Assembly: GCA_001244265.2 (NCBI GenBank)
Contig: CDLV01000016.1
Span: 310,001 to 374,000, forward strand
Source of the DNA: Microbotryum violaceum
Taxonomy: Eukaryota
Length of the DNA stretch: 64,000 nt
Direction: 5' to 3'
Each line of letters opens with the position of its first letter. The stretch's first letter is position 1. Below the pieces are notes generated by a model. It saw nothing but the letters and a program-made list of their open reading frames with translations. It made no database searches and was not told the DNA's origin. Shown one piece after another: positions 1 to 12,278 of this stretch. Both the position numbers and the translations under genes were made by a program.

Positions 1-3000
1 GAGGGGGCCCCCGCAAGGTATGGCTTACCACAACTGGGGGAAGGGGCTTGCATCGTGTGCCACGCCACGACACTCCTCCAAGCGAAGCGAGGGACGTACT
101 GTCTTGCTCCAGTGCTGTGGGTCTCGAGTCGTGTCGCGAAAGTATAGTACGCTCGGTTGTCGTCTGCAGTCGCAAGTTGGCCCCCCACCCGCGCCGAGGA
201 TCAAGAATTAACTCCGTTCTTGGTTGATATCGACGGTTGGACGACTAAAACGCTCTGAAGCAGCTAGTAGCGCCTCGAGCTATTGCACGCCAAGAGGCCC
301 CCAGGTCGAGTGGACTGAAGGGGGTATCAAGTGGTAGGGTAAGGACGAATCAGCTGCCGACGAAGAACGGAGTACGTGTCGATCACTTTTTCCAGCTCGC
401 GTCCGCAGGGTCAGACTGGAGTCTCGGGTCCGACTGTCACCGACGCCAGCTTGAGGCACCCATTTTAGCTTTCTGCACAGATGGACGCCCTCCTAATTGT
501 TCCGACTGACTGGTCTGGTCAACGTCGGCTCTTCCAGTAGCTCCATACTTCAAGCAAGTTTTTTCCTGTCGACCGCACGAAGGATTGATCGGATGGTGTG
601 GGCGTTTGATTGGTCATGGGCTATCATTGAAAGGCGATGCGACTCATGAGTTAAGGTGTAGAATAGTCACAGTGGACAGGTCAGAATCCGTGGTGCAGTA
701 TATCCTACAGGCTGCAAAGTCGAAAATGACGAAAATGACGTAGGGGGCGATTGTCTCGGCGCAACTCGCAAACTCACGACTTTGTCGATTTCTTCCTTCC
801 GACTAGTGGGGCACTCGTTGGACCAATCGCTGGCGACCGTTGAAGGATCAACCTGCCTGGGTAGGTGCCTGATACCTGCTGTCATCTTCTACTACCGAAG
901 GCAGCAAGCAGACTTGTTGGGGTCACTCGAGTTAATGGCAGCGTGGAGTGGATGATGGGACACCCTCTATCAGCGCACTGGCCGGGTAAGCAAGCCGCCT
1001 CGGCAGGAGGGCGACGCTCGTGGCTGGTGGGATCCGCTCAGTGTGGCGGTACGGTTGGTACTGGCACCTGCAAACCGCTCGGCGTCAGAATTCCCACCCC
1101 ACATCATGCCTTCCGGTATTGAAGCCAATGACGAATGGAGCAGGATATACTACAGTGTTTCTGCCTCGTAAATATCTCGCCTACACTTGCAATGAACTCC
1201 AGGCGACTTTCCATCGCCTCCGAGCAATGGCCAAGCGATAAAGGTGGTTGCACAGAAGGTGAGAATCGAACAAACTGCTGGCTTCTATCTGTGTGGTTTC
1301 CATTATAGCATATGAAGTTTTGCATTGACTGTACCGGTAACCAAATCTAGCTGCAAACGTCGTGATGATAGTCGACGCGAAGTTCTCGGAGGCTGCGCAA
1401 CTTTAGCCGGTGCGTGGTGACATGGTGACGCTTAGCCCCTAGATTTAGTGCGCACCCATGGCCCACGGCGCAATTTTCTTATGGAGCACTCAAAACGAGG
1501 ATATGAATGATGCGTTTCGATATGGGACACATACCCATGGAGAGAAGCCCTTGTACCCGGCCGGGCCCTGCACGTACCTCGCAGCAGCAGGCATCCCTTC
1601 CCGCCGGGAGGTCCGGTTTTTTTCCACTTATGGCAATAGGTTCAAAGAGGAACGGTAGGTCGATCCTCCTACGTAAGACAGAGTAAAACATGATATTATC
1701 CACTGCAGATCCGGCTGGACGCGACCGGTGCTCAGCCTGTATTAATGTCTGGCGGCCCCGGTCATCACACACCCAATCTGAGCAGCTTGTGTTACACATA
1801 CGTTTTGGGCAGCGGAGCTAGGTGTCTCACCGGCCGAACAGAGGTCCCAAACAGACAGGGCATCGGCCAGCCCGCCGTGAGCCCTCCGTTTGGAGGCAAT
1901 GGGAGCGCTAGCTTCACCAACAGTTTGCAGGGAGCATTTTCAGTGCCAAGTTCACTCAGAGTGCAACACCCACCAAGTGGCGTCTACAGCGAGCCACAGT
2001 GGTTCGTGACAGCGATCTGGGCCCATTCGGCAGAGTTCCGTAGGGGTAGTAGGTGGCTGTTATGTCTACCTACCTCTCACACAACCCGCAACTTTACTTG
2101 GTCGGGTGCTTTACTTTATAGAGGTAAAGCGATGGAGGAGCCTCGACGATTCTATCGGATCGGTGGGCTGCTACAAGGTCCAGAATCGGCATCGGGTACA
2201 ACGGATTCAAATTGCCCATTTGCCCGTCGGCGTTCCGCGGCTCTACAGCAAGATCCGAGCGGAAGAGCGTCGGAGCCGACTCGAATAGCGCGCGCGTCTC
2301 TGGGGGAGTTCCGGCTGGACACTCGCAGTCTGGACTCTGCAGATGAACTCGCTGACAAGAAGGCTCCACCAATCTTGCAAATAGCTGATCTGTTTCGACA
2401 CTACCTAAGGTGCTACAGAGATTGTAGGGTCCCACTTCTGCATCTGCACCGCCTCCGCCGGCCAAGATCGACGCGAAACAAGTCGTGCGCCGTCTACCTG
2501 GCAGTGCCGACTCTTGGGCGCAGCCTCAGTAATCGGCTGCAGTCCCTGCCACTCCATCTGTGAACCTGAGGTGAGTGAACGTGCACCGCCCGACCTTGAG
2601 ACTCCCACCAGAGATCTTGCAATGATCTCATCGGCGTTGATGCAGAAGGGCTAAGGCCGTTAACGGTCCTGCAGCCCTGCTAGCAGGCCTGCGCCGGCCC
2701 CGCGCATCAGCACGAGTTACAACGTCATCGCGCGCTCAGATTCCTTCCAGCAGCAGGCGCCCTGCGACGGGGGCTCTCTAGTCTTGACCCATTCGCCCTT
2801 GCGACCGCTGTACTCTGTCCGTCTACTCGACTGATACACGAGCTGCTCAGTCCACTAGAAAATTACCTCACTCCAGCCACCGACATCCTTGCCAGCTCCG
2901 CAAGACCCTGGCCCGGCGACCGATCTTCCTATCCGTAACTCGTAAACCCAGGCTCTCGCGTCCTCGTTTCCCTCTCGGCACCCCTGTTGTCTGTGACGGT

Positions 3001-3301
3001 TGCAACGCTGGGCCTCCGTCTTGGCGAAATCTATCTCACCACCTCTCCTCGTCTACTGTCACTCCTGCGCGTGCTTCCGATCGTGCTCGACCGTGGTAGC
3101 GCCTTTTGTTGCCCCCTCTCTGTGCGCAAACGCTGGCGTCCCCACCTCGACCGACTTCGCATCTATCGTCGACGCTCGATTGCGCCCCAGAGAACAAGCG
3201 CACACCCACCCGATTCTCATTTCCTAGGCAGCACACGTAACTACAATCATCCTATAACTCTACACGACCCAGGAGCCGCGAACGACCTCGCCGCGGATTG
3301 A

Positions 3302-5612
3302 ATGACCAATCCCCATCCAGGATCAGCCGACACGACGTGCACTCCTCGCTACCCGGCAGATGGAACGGAGAATTCGACCTCGGTGCGGACGGCAGCCTTC
3401 GACGCGAGTACTAACGGATTCACCACAGCCACTAGCCTCGAGCCTTGGCAGGATGCGTTCCCTTGGTCTCCCTTCGACAGAGGTGCCGCTTCATCGCGTG
3501 CGTTCCCAGGAAGAGCCGAAGCAGAACTCAACTCCGAGTGGTCCTCAAGTTTTCCAAGCCTCGGCTCCACCACCCCATCCCGGCCGCTTCAGCAGCCACG
3601 AGGATCGTATGCGTCTGCAGATCTAGGATCTGCACGCTCCCACGACTTTAGTTCGAGAGATTCATCTGCGTCATCTTCTTACGTGGCTGTGGACCATCCT
3701 CCGTCCACAGCGCCTCCGCTAACGGCGCACTCGGTCTTCGACCCTTGGGCATCGGAGACGTCGAATGGTCCGAATCGCTTGTCCTCGGCGAGGACCGCTT
3801 TGGCTCCGAGGATACAGGACAGGAATGCAAGCAGGTACATATCTCAGGTAGCGATTCTTGCGTCAACTCCTCACGCCGACCCACCCCCGCCGCCCATTCT
3901 CTCATCCTATGCATTCTCGAACCACCCACGAATCGACCTGCTCTCCCCAGTTCCACTTGGCGACTCGACCTTTTCGGCTCCCGCCGGCTCTCAGCAATCA
4001 GCTTACGCATCCTCCTTGACCCCTTCCTCGAACGCACCACTGCTCACGCGTAACTCAGATCTGCGACCCTCGTCAGCTCCCTGGAGCGTAGCAGGTGGGT
4101 CACCGTCGGCCCCTCCTCACGCCGCTATGGGAATTCATATGCCGCTACCGCCAATTCGACCGGCCGACTGGTCGGCGCCTCTTTTGCCGCCCACTCAAGC
4201 GATCCAAGGTGGGAGCACTCGAAGTCAAAGCCCACACGAATTGTCTCTGACTCGGGAATCGTACGAGACCTCACCGTATGCTCTTTTCCCTCGCTCGTGG
4301 TACCGCGCGCCGTTGGGGACCTCGCCTGCGCACCTCGAATCTGATCGCTCGGGCGCCCGCGCGGCGTCTCCGGCGATGGTGACCATATCCGGACCACCAC
4401 AGCTGCTTCATCTTAGATCGGCGAATGAGCAACTTCCTCCACTACCCCTGTCGAGGTCGAACAGCGATTCGGCTACGGTTTCCGCGCCCGTGCCGGTCAC
4501 AGCGTCCTCACGGCCGGGCGAGACTCGGCTGCGTTCGGGGCTGCCAGATCGAAGCACCTGGGCCATGTGGTGCGGCAATATTCCTTCTGATGCGACCGAG
4601 GCCGAGTTGCTGGACTTTTTCGCCGTGCGTGGGGTGTCGGCCGCCACTGCTGCCGACCTCTACGGCGTGGAGAGCATCCACCTTATTGCCAGGTGAGGCA
4701 TCGCTTTTCGTTCAGAGCGGGCAAAGATTTTCCACGCTGATCTCCGCATCTCCCGTGTACCTAGATCAAACTGCGCTTTTGTGAACTATAGCTCGGAGTT
4801 TCTCATGCAACAAGCCATCACGCGTTCGAATGGAGTCTCTCTGCGCCCCAACGACCGCCGATGCAAGCCCCTCGTTTGTCGGCGAAGGATGCGCGAGGAC
4901 GATGCCAAATCCGGGGTAGGTGCGCAACGAGGAGCCGGATTGCACCTGTCGTACATCGCTGCGCAAGCACTCGACTTGGGCAAAAAAGGAGTGCGGACGA
5001 CGAACGACTCGCGCGCGATAGACGAAGAATCCGGCGACTCGTCGGGTGATTCGACCGCGTCCACGAGGTCGAGCTTCTTTTCAGAATACTTCCCCAAGGT
5101 ATGTACTCAGCTCGCTACCCATTTCGCATGACTATACTGACCACGGTTTGGTGTGCCTCCCTCAGCGATTCTTTGTGCTGAAAGCGAAAGAAAGCGAGCA
5201 CCTGCAAGAATCGATCCGCTCCGGACTTTGGAGCACGCAAGGCCACAACGAGGATGTGCTCGACCAGGCGTTCCGCACCTCGCTCGAGGGTGTTTTCTTG
5301 TTTTTCTCCGCCAATCGAAGCGGCGGGTTCGCGGGCTACGCGCGCATGATCGGACCCATCTTCACCCCCCCTCGAGATCGGACGGGGAGCCGGCATTTCA
5401 GCCCCCACTTGGCCGAAGCGGACAAGGTCATCATTGTTGCCGAGGGAGGGACGCCTTTCCCCGTGCAGTGGCTATCGACGCGCCACTTGCCCTTCACGCG
5501 CACCCGGTCGATCCTCAATTCGTTCAACAACCATAGGGAGGTCAAGATCAGTCGGGACGGGACCGAGATTGAACCGAACGCTGGGCTTGCGCTGCTGCGC
5601 TTGTGGGACTGA
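3302..5612 (+). CDS. RRM + YTH domain RNA-binding protein; exons 3302-4692, 4765-5098, 5166-5612
   Basis: Low-complexity S/P N-terminus, then an RRM (WAMWCGNIPSDATEAEL; IAR|SNCAFVN restored across intron GTGAGG..TAG) and YTH motifs RFFVLK, SGLWSTQ, VFLFFSANRSGGFAGYARM, FPVQW, EVKISRDGTEIEP. Both introns keep frame. Confidence 0.9.
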
Positions 5613-6942
5613 AGAAAAATAATGTGAAGCTGCGTGTTGGCAGGAAGGTGATGCAAAACTGATATAGGGTGCGGGATCGCAGCACGGGGTAGGCGACAAT
5701 GCTGGGGACTTGAAGGTGCTGTTGTTGTTCTTCATCGTGATTGACACTCTCCTATAGTGTATTTATCACAACACCATATTAGAATTGCTTATTCGCAAAT
5801 ATTATTGTTGGAGGGCTCTGCCTTTTTTTTGGCCGTAGTCGACAGAACAAACCTACGATAGCTGTCTTGTTTTTTGTTGAAAATAACCCAGTGAGAACCC
5901 GTAAAATTGACGGGATGATGAGATTCAAATAGCAGGAGAATTGGATTGAAGAACACAATACGAAGGTCAGCAAAGGAACGAATATCCATTCATCGCCGTA
6001 ACAGCAGGACAATCGCCCGTTGCTTGTGTTGCCCAGTGTCGTCGCAGAGTCGGTCCAACTTGGCTTCAACACTCGCGCAATGAAACCCGGACGGTTATTC
6101 GTGCTTCGACGTTCCGCCATAGTGCAGGGAGGGAAAAGGAAAGAATAAGAGTAGCGCGGGATTATCTACAACCCCTTGATCATGTGGTTGAGCGCCTGGA
6201 ACCGGTGACACGATGTAGACAACACGTCACGTGACTGACGGCGCATCGCGCAGCGTAAGCCGCGCCCGCGCCCCCGCGTCAACGACAGCAGAACCCACTG
6301 CACGCCTGAGCTCTGTAGAAGAAGTGTCATGAAAACCCAGGCGCTTGCTATACATTGAATACTACATATATCGCTCAACAGTTCCGCACCACCTCAAATA
6401 TCGACATAGATTGTCATGGGGCAGTACATGGCTTTTGGTCGGGATGCGATACCGCAGTCAGGTGCGGCAAACTCATCGACCCTTAAGCTTTCGTAGAAGC
6501 GCGGTCCGGACTAGGTAGCGGGGACAAGTCGAGTTGCAGTATCAGGCATGAAACCCGGCATCCCGAGAATCAATAGTACACTGGCAATTCACTATAGGCG
6601 GCCCTCGGGGCCGCAACACAGCCAAAAACAGCGAGTTTAGGTATGGGTTGCGGATCGACACCTTTTTTACTAAGTAGGTAACGTCAAGGTAAAGAGTAAA
6701 GTAATAATATTTGACACCACCTCCGACAAATAAATGAAGTACCGGTTTCTGCGGACAAGGTATGAGGTATCGACGTCATCGTAGTTACAGACAGGTAAGA
6801 TAAAATGAGATGGCGTAACTGTTATAAACATGAATGTGATTAGCTGGGGGAAAGAACAAAATGATGCGAAGATTATCAATGCGATGGAGGGCTTCGCTGT
6901 ATAATGCGAGTCCTTTCCCTGATGTATGTTCAATGGTACTGG

Positions 6943-8781
6943 CTACTGGTCCGAGAGCTGGAAGGAGATGGTGCAAAAGACCTCTTCCTCGTCCGGCCCT
7001 GGCTTGCCGTCGGGGCGCGGTGCCATTCGAGTCGAGCGCAGTGTGTAACGGATCGGCTGCTCGGTGAAGTAGGGGGCGATATTGAGGCCGAGAGGACCCA
7101 TTCTGGGAAGATCGAGATACGTAACGAGGCATTAGTTCCAATGTATTGGAAATATTATCGTTCCTCACTCCGCTTCTAGACTCACTTGAGATCAAAGGTG
7201 TTGAGATCGCAGAAGGACGTGAAGAATGATGCGGTGTAGACCACGTCGGGCGAGAAGGTGAACTGGTCACGGTTGTGGCCGTGGTTCTGTACAAACCACT
7301 TGCGACGCTCGGCGACCGATCGCTCGCGTGTGGAATCGTGGAAGATGAAAAGTGAATCCTGGGGAGGCTCACATCGTGTCAGTTCGGGATGCCGTATCAA
7401 GGTCCCGGGAGACGAAAAGCTCACCTCGATCGCATCGACCTTGGGATCAGCGAACCTCCATGGTCCCAAATGCCTCGAAACGCCTATTAGAGAGGCATCC
7501 TCCATTGAACCCTTGTTGAGCTTGTCGGCCATGACCAAGTCCCCTGCGTGGAGATAGGTTTCGTTCGACTCCTTCTCTACGCTACCCAAGAACCCTGCCC
7601 AGCTGAACCTTCCTCCCTTCTTCTTCTTCGCCGGCTCGCGCCTCTCCTCACCACCCGACATAGGAATGGGAGCACCCCAGCCCTGGGGTCCGGAAGGTCC
7701 ATCTGGTGACTCTTGACGAACTCGACTGGGATGCCATTTCGGCGAGGACGAGGAATCGAGATGAGAAATGGAAGTCCCGAGAGCCAACGCCGAACCGTGG
7801 ACATCCATGGGGTCGTCAGGCGCGAGCAAATGGCGATGCTTTTCAACGTATTCCTCTACCGCAGGGTCGCCTTGTAGACCCACGAACCTCCAATATGGCA
7901 TCCCGTGGCGCGTCGTCTTCATCACGCCGTGGCTGTCGCTATCGACTTCTTCGCGCGGGACAAAGGTTGCGGACTCGGTTTCATGATCGTTGTGGGGGTG
8001 ATTGGCGTCATGCTGGGCTTGAACGAGTGCTTTTGACAATGCATCCGGGGCGGGGTAGGCGGCAAAAGTGTTCATGCACGCCAAGTAAGGAGACATGATG
8101 TACGGTCGACCGTTGCTCGGTTTCATAACGGCGGACGTCGCGGGATCGACCCGTTGAGCGACCTTCAGTCCGAGGCTGAACGGGCCTTGAGGGAAGGTTT
8201 CGGGCAAAAAATCTGTTTGCAGCCATATGAAAATGAGTCAGCAAGAGGCGCGATTAGTTGGAATTCAACTGGGTCCCAAAGCAAGGGACATGACCGCCGG
8301 GTTTATAGCCGAGACGATTCGCGCAAATCTGTGCGCGTGCACAGGCTGATAATGACACTTCATTGCCTACACGGCAGACTTACCAAAGTCTGACCCGAAC
8401 TGAACTTCCGATCCAGAATAAGGGGCGACCCCGGGTCGTTGTTTGAAGCGGCCTTTACGGGAGAAGAGCACCGAGATGAAGTCATGACGTAAGCAAAACG
8501 TCGGCCTACTTCACGTCGCGTTTCGCACAGCACCAGTGCACCAAGGTTCCGAACCACTCACCTTCGATGAGGATCGCATATTTCCTTGACCGTCCGGTAA
8601 AGTAAGGATGCTCCTTTATGGGCTGACACCCGGGTGGTGCGACGCCGACAAAGTCTTTAACGAAAACAACGACCCGGCCGGCGAAGAGCTCCGTGTCAAT
8701 CTCGGTCGGCCGACTCTGGTCGTTCACGTGCGCGACCTCCATGTTGAACCGATTCGGTCCGATCATCACTAAGAGCTTCAT
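6943..8781 (-). CDS. DUF1769-family fungal protein, multi-exon
   Basis: N-terminal VNDQSRPTEIDTELFAGRVVVFVKDF...HPYFTGRSRKYAILIEG; C-terminal ERRKWF...FTFSPDVVYTASFFTSFCDLNTFDLK and last exon GPLGLNIAPYFTEQPIRYTLRS...FCTISFQLSDQ*; GT-AG introns. Confidence 0.75.
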
Positions 8782-9913
8782 TGTTGGGGAAGGATCTACC
8801 CGAGGGTTTATTCGTTGGGATAGCGAGAGACACAGAGAGTCAACGACTGTGTCGACGTCAGAGCTTGGGAAGGCTAGTCTCGGATGTGAGACCTCAGCAA
8901 GAGGGGCTGCGTCGCACTGAGGACTCTTTTCAAGACCGAGACTGAGAGCGCGCTTGGAGCTGGGCCTGCGAACGCGCTGAAGATTTGAGCGACGGCCGGT
9001 CGAGCAGAAGCTGGCGATGGGGAGGCAAGAGTCGTGTATCGGCCACGTGGAGCTTTGAGATCAAGTAGGAGGATGGTTGTAGTCGAAAGTAAGCTTCGAG
9101 TGTATGGCAAGAAGAAGACAGAGAGACGGAGCAAACTTGAGCATGTCAGTGCCCGAGGCTCGGGCGCTCAGGCACTGCTAAGTCAGACTTGCCGTTTCGA
9201 GATGTCCATCCGATCCCCTCACCCAAGCTCCTGAGTATAAGAGAGTCTCGCACACTGCCATGATAATTCTCTTCTTATTGACCCACCGCATATCACGACA
9301 GGTTCTCACACCGCCTTTTGTGCATCTGAGCCGATCCGGCAGCCGGTTCGACGGTATCGGAAGCAGTAGGGAGGGTGGACAGGTCCGCTGCTAAATGCTT
9401 GGGGGGGCTCTGCAATTAGAATTTGGGAACCCCGTGAACCAAAAGGTGGACTCCTGGCGCTGTGGCGTGGTATCGTGGATCCTGAAAGTGCACCAGAGCG
9501 GCGTAAAGCACGGCAGCCGCGCAAAACAGCTCAGGGCAAGCGCGAGGCCGGCTTAAACTTTTTCGGCTCGATACTCGATGCGGTGTCGGTGTATAGAGTC
9601 AGGTTCTTTCGATGGGCCGCAGTGATCCTTGTTCTGTCTTTCGCTCAAAGCTCGGGATAGGAGTCAATTTTGTGGGGCGACTTTATGCTATGACTTAAAA
9701 CTTAAGACTTCAGTGTGGGTGTGACTAAGACTCGACGACTATGACGTAGCATTAGTGGTCTTTGGCATTCAAACCGTGGGCGACACTAATTGGCTCCTGA
9801 TATAATTACAATCGAGCCAGACAAAATGAAAACAGCAGGATGAGACTGCTCACATCACAGATCCACGGGCAGACTGCTCCGGACACCATTCGTGATCGCA
9901 TCTGGACTCCTTT

Positions 9914-11471
9914 TCACAGCTTGGCCATCGGAAACGTGACACGAACGACGGCTTTGCCCCAAGTTCGCCGAGCGAGCAACTCGTCCAAAGCCTCAGGAAC
10001 AGCTTCAAGACCCCTTGAAGAAAGACAGGTAGCCCGAATGTCAGCTTCTCGCTCCATCACTTTCCGATTCATGCATCAAAGCGACCCACTCAAACACGCG
10101 ATCAAACACGACGGCCTTGAGCGACCCCGAACTGAAGAGCTTGAGAAGAGCCTCCCACGTCGCGGGGACGATCTCGGGTTGGTTCTTTTGGTAGGCACCC
10201 CAGTGTACGCCCGAAATGGCGATGTTCTTGAGTAGAATTAGGTTGGCGGGGACCTGCACCGGATCGGTAAAACATTAGGCAAAAGCATGAGTTTCGTCAG
10301 GAATCTGCAGAATAGTGAAAATTAAGCTTACCTTCTCGATCGTGCCGGCGGCGAAACCAACAACCAATGCTCGTCCGTTCCAGGCAATGCACTTCAAAGA
10401 AGGGATGAGGAGTCCGACAGGGTCGTAAATGCTGATTGGGAGGGGCCGCGGGCGTCAGCGACGGTGCCAGCAGGGTCATCCGCCGTAACGGTCAAGTCCG
10501 ACTCACACATCCGCACCATGCCCATTGGTCACAGCCATAACCTGCTTCTGCCACCCCCCATTCTTTGACTTCTCATCGGCATAGTTGATCGCAAAGTCTG
10601 CGCCCGCTCGGGTGCACACGTCGAGCTTGTCCTGGGTGGAGCACATGGCGATGACTTTGGCGTCGAGAGCTTTACCAATTTGCAAGGCCGCCATACCGAC
10701 TCCACCGGCAGCGGCGTGAACGAGCAAGTATTCGCCTATAGAGAGATACTCAGGTCAGCAAAGACGGAACCAAGAAATTCTTGGCTGCGAGGCTCGAAGC
10801 AAGGCCAATCGGAACTCTTTCCCGAAGCTGGACACCAAATTGGCACTCACCCTTCTTGATCTCGGCACGATAAACGAGCGCGGCGTAACTTGTCGGGTAA
10901 GTGATATAAAGACCGGCAGCTTGTTCCATCGTCACATTATCGGGAACAGGTACGAGCGACTTGTAATCGACCTTGATCCTCTCGGCGTAAGCACCTTGCC
11001 CGGCGCCAAAGACTTTTTGCCCGTGCTTGTAGGGGCAACCTTTAGGGAGGGGCGAGTCGGGGGAGATGGTACCAGAAAACTCGCAGCCTGCTACGAATGG
11101 GAAAGCGGGCTTGTGCTGGTAGAGACCTTGGACTATGAGAAAGACGGGGAAGGGAGCGGAGGAGATGAGGCCGAGGGACGAAAGCCGGAGATGAGTGAGG
11201 AGCCCCGAGCCCGCGACCCGGTTTCGTGTGGGGCAGATGACTACTACGTACCCTGCAGCGCATCAAACAAGTTGCATCCGGCGACACTGAATAGACAAAG
11301 GAAGCTTGACTTCATCATGTGTGCCGTGAGAATGGCAGGATGGAGGGTTGTGGCTTACTGCACATCCACGAGCACCTCGGAGCCTTGGGGCTTGGGCTCG
11401 CTCGCTCGGGTCGTCAATGTCCCCGGCAGCTCGTTGAGCTTGATGTTGCGTTCGATAACGAAACCCTTCAT
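9914..11471 (-). CDS. MDR-superfamily NADPH:quinone oxidoreductase (zeta-crystallin-like) with C-terminal PTS1 (AKL)
   Basis: Spliced product MKGFVIERN...QGLYQHKPAFPFVAGCEFSG...AAGLYITYPTSYAALVYRA...LVHAAAGGVGMAALQIGKAL...VPANLILLKNIAISGVHWGAY...TWGKAVVRVTFPMAKL*; many short GT-AG introns. Confidence 0.9.
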
Positions 11472-12278
11472 GATCACAGGTTGCTTTTTTTGTAGATGGG
11501 GTCGTGGGCGGTTGGAGATCGAGTGAGGTCAGAGAGGGAAGACCAGCGTCCGGCCACTGCAAGAAGGATCGGGCCCTCGGCACGCTTCACCAACCGGTCC
11601 CGGCTTGAGGCCGGCCCAGGTCGGCTTGGAACAACAAGTGCATATATCGAGCGTGAGCATCACCTCAGCGGGGGTTGAAGCGGCTGGACTTTATGAATCT
11701 CCTCGAGCAGGATGCGATGTAGTTTTCCAAGCGAGAACTCAACAGTACCTATGCTGAAGCGGATAGTGTCGTTCGAGATCTACACCTCGGGTCCAACTCC
11801 TATTTCAACTCGATCGAGTTGCCTGTTGCTTGGCGCCTCCGATTGCCACCGGCAACTTCATTCGCCGCAAACTGAAGTTTGTTTTTCCTTGTATTTCCGA
11901 CATCCAGCCGCGAAAGTGCTCGCAACCGATCCGGACCCATAAGCGAGTCGGTTGGCAATCGTCGAGTCAGGACGCGCGGCCGTAACTTATTATTACAGGC
12001 GCGACCTGGCGCGACTCGATCGCGAGCGAGCGAGCCGAAGCGATCCTCGGTCTTCTTGACATCGCCTCGCTTTTGACCCGTATTCGTTTCCCGTCAACTG
12101 CCTGCCGGATCATAGCATTCCAAGAACGCTCGGGAGTACTTTCCGAAATTCAAGAACAGGCCAGTACTACTTTTTGAGTCGTCAACTGGTCCGAACCGAC
12201 TGCCTGTTATCGCCGCTTGATCAGTCGCACGTGGGGGTCCATCAATTACGCCCGTCTCGCCACACCCCCACACCCCCC

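Noticed and set aside
1343..1446. Box C/D snoRNA or MITE (AAATCTAG..CTAGATTT with GTGATGA)
   Set aside because: No box D (CTGA) near the end, the inverted repeat is only 8 bp, and there is no TSD.
1745..2563. 272-aa ORF and overlapping frames
   Set aside because: No recognisable domain or convincing exon structure; it may be a decayed relic but cannot be supported.
5779..6120. 113-aa hydrophobic minus-strand ORF
   Set aside because: AT-richer intergenic sequence between convergent genes, with no family motif.
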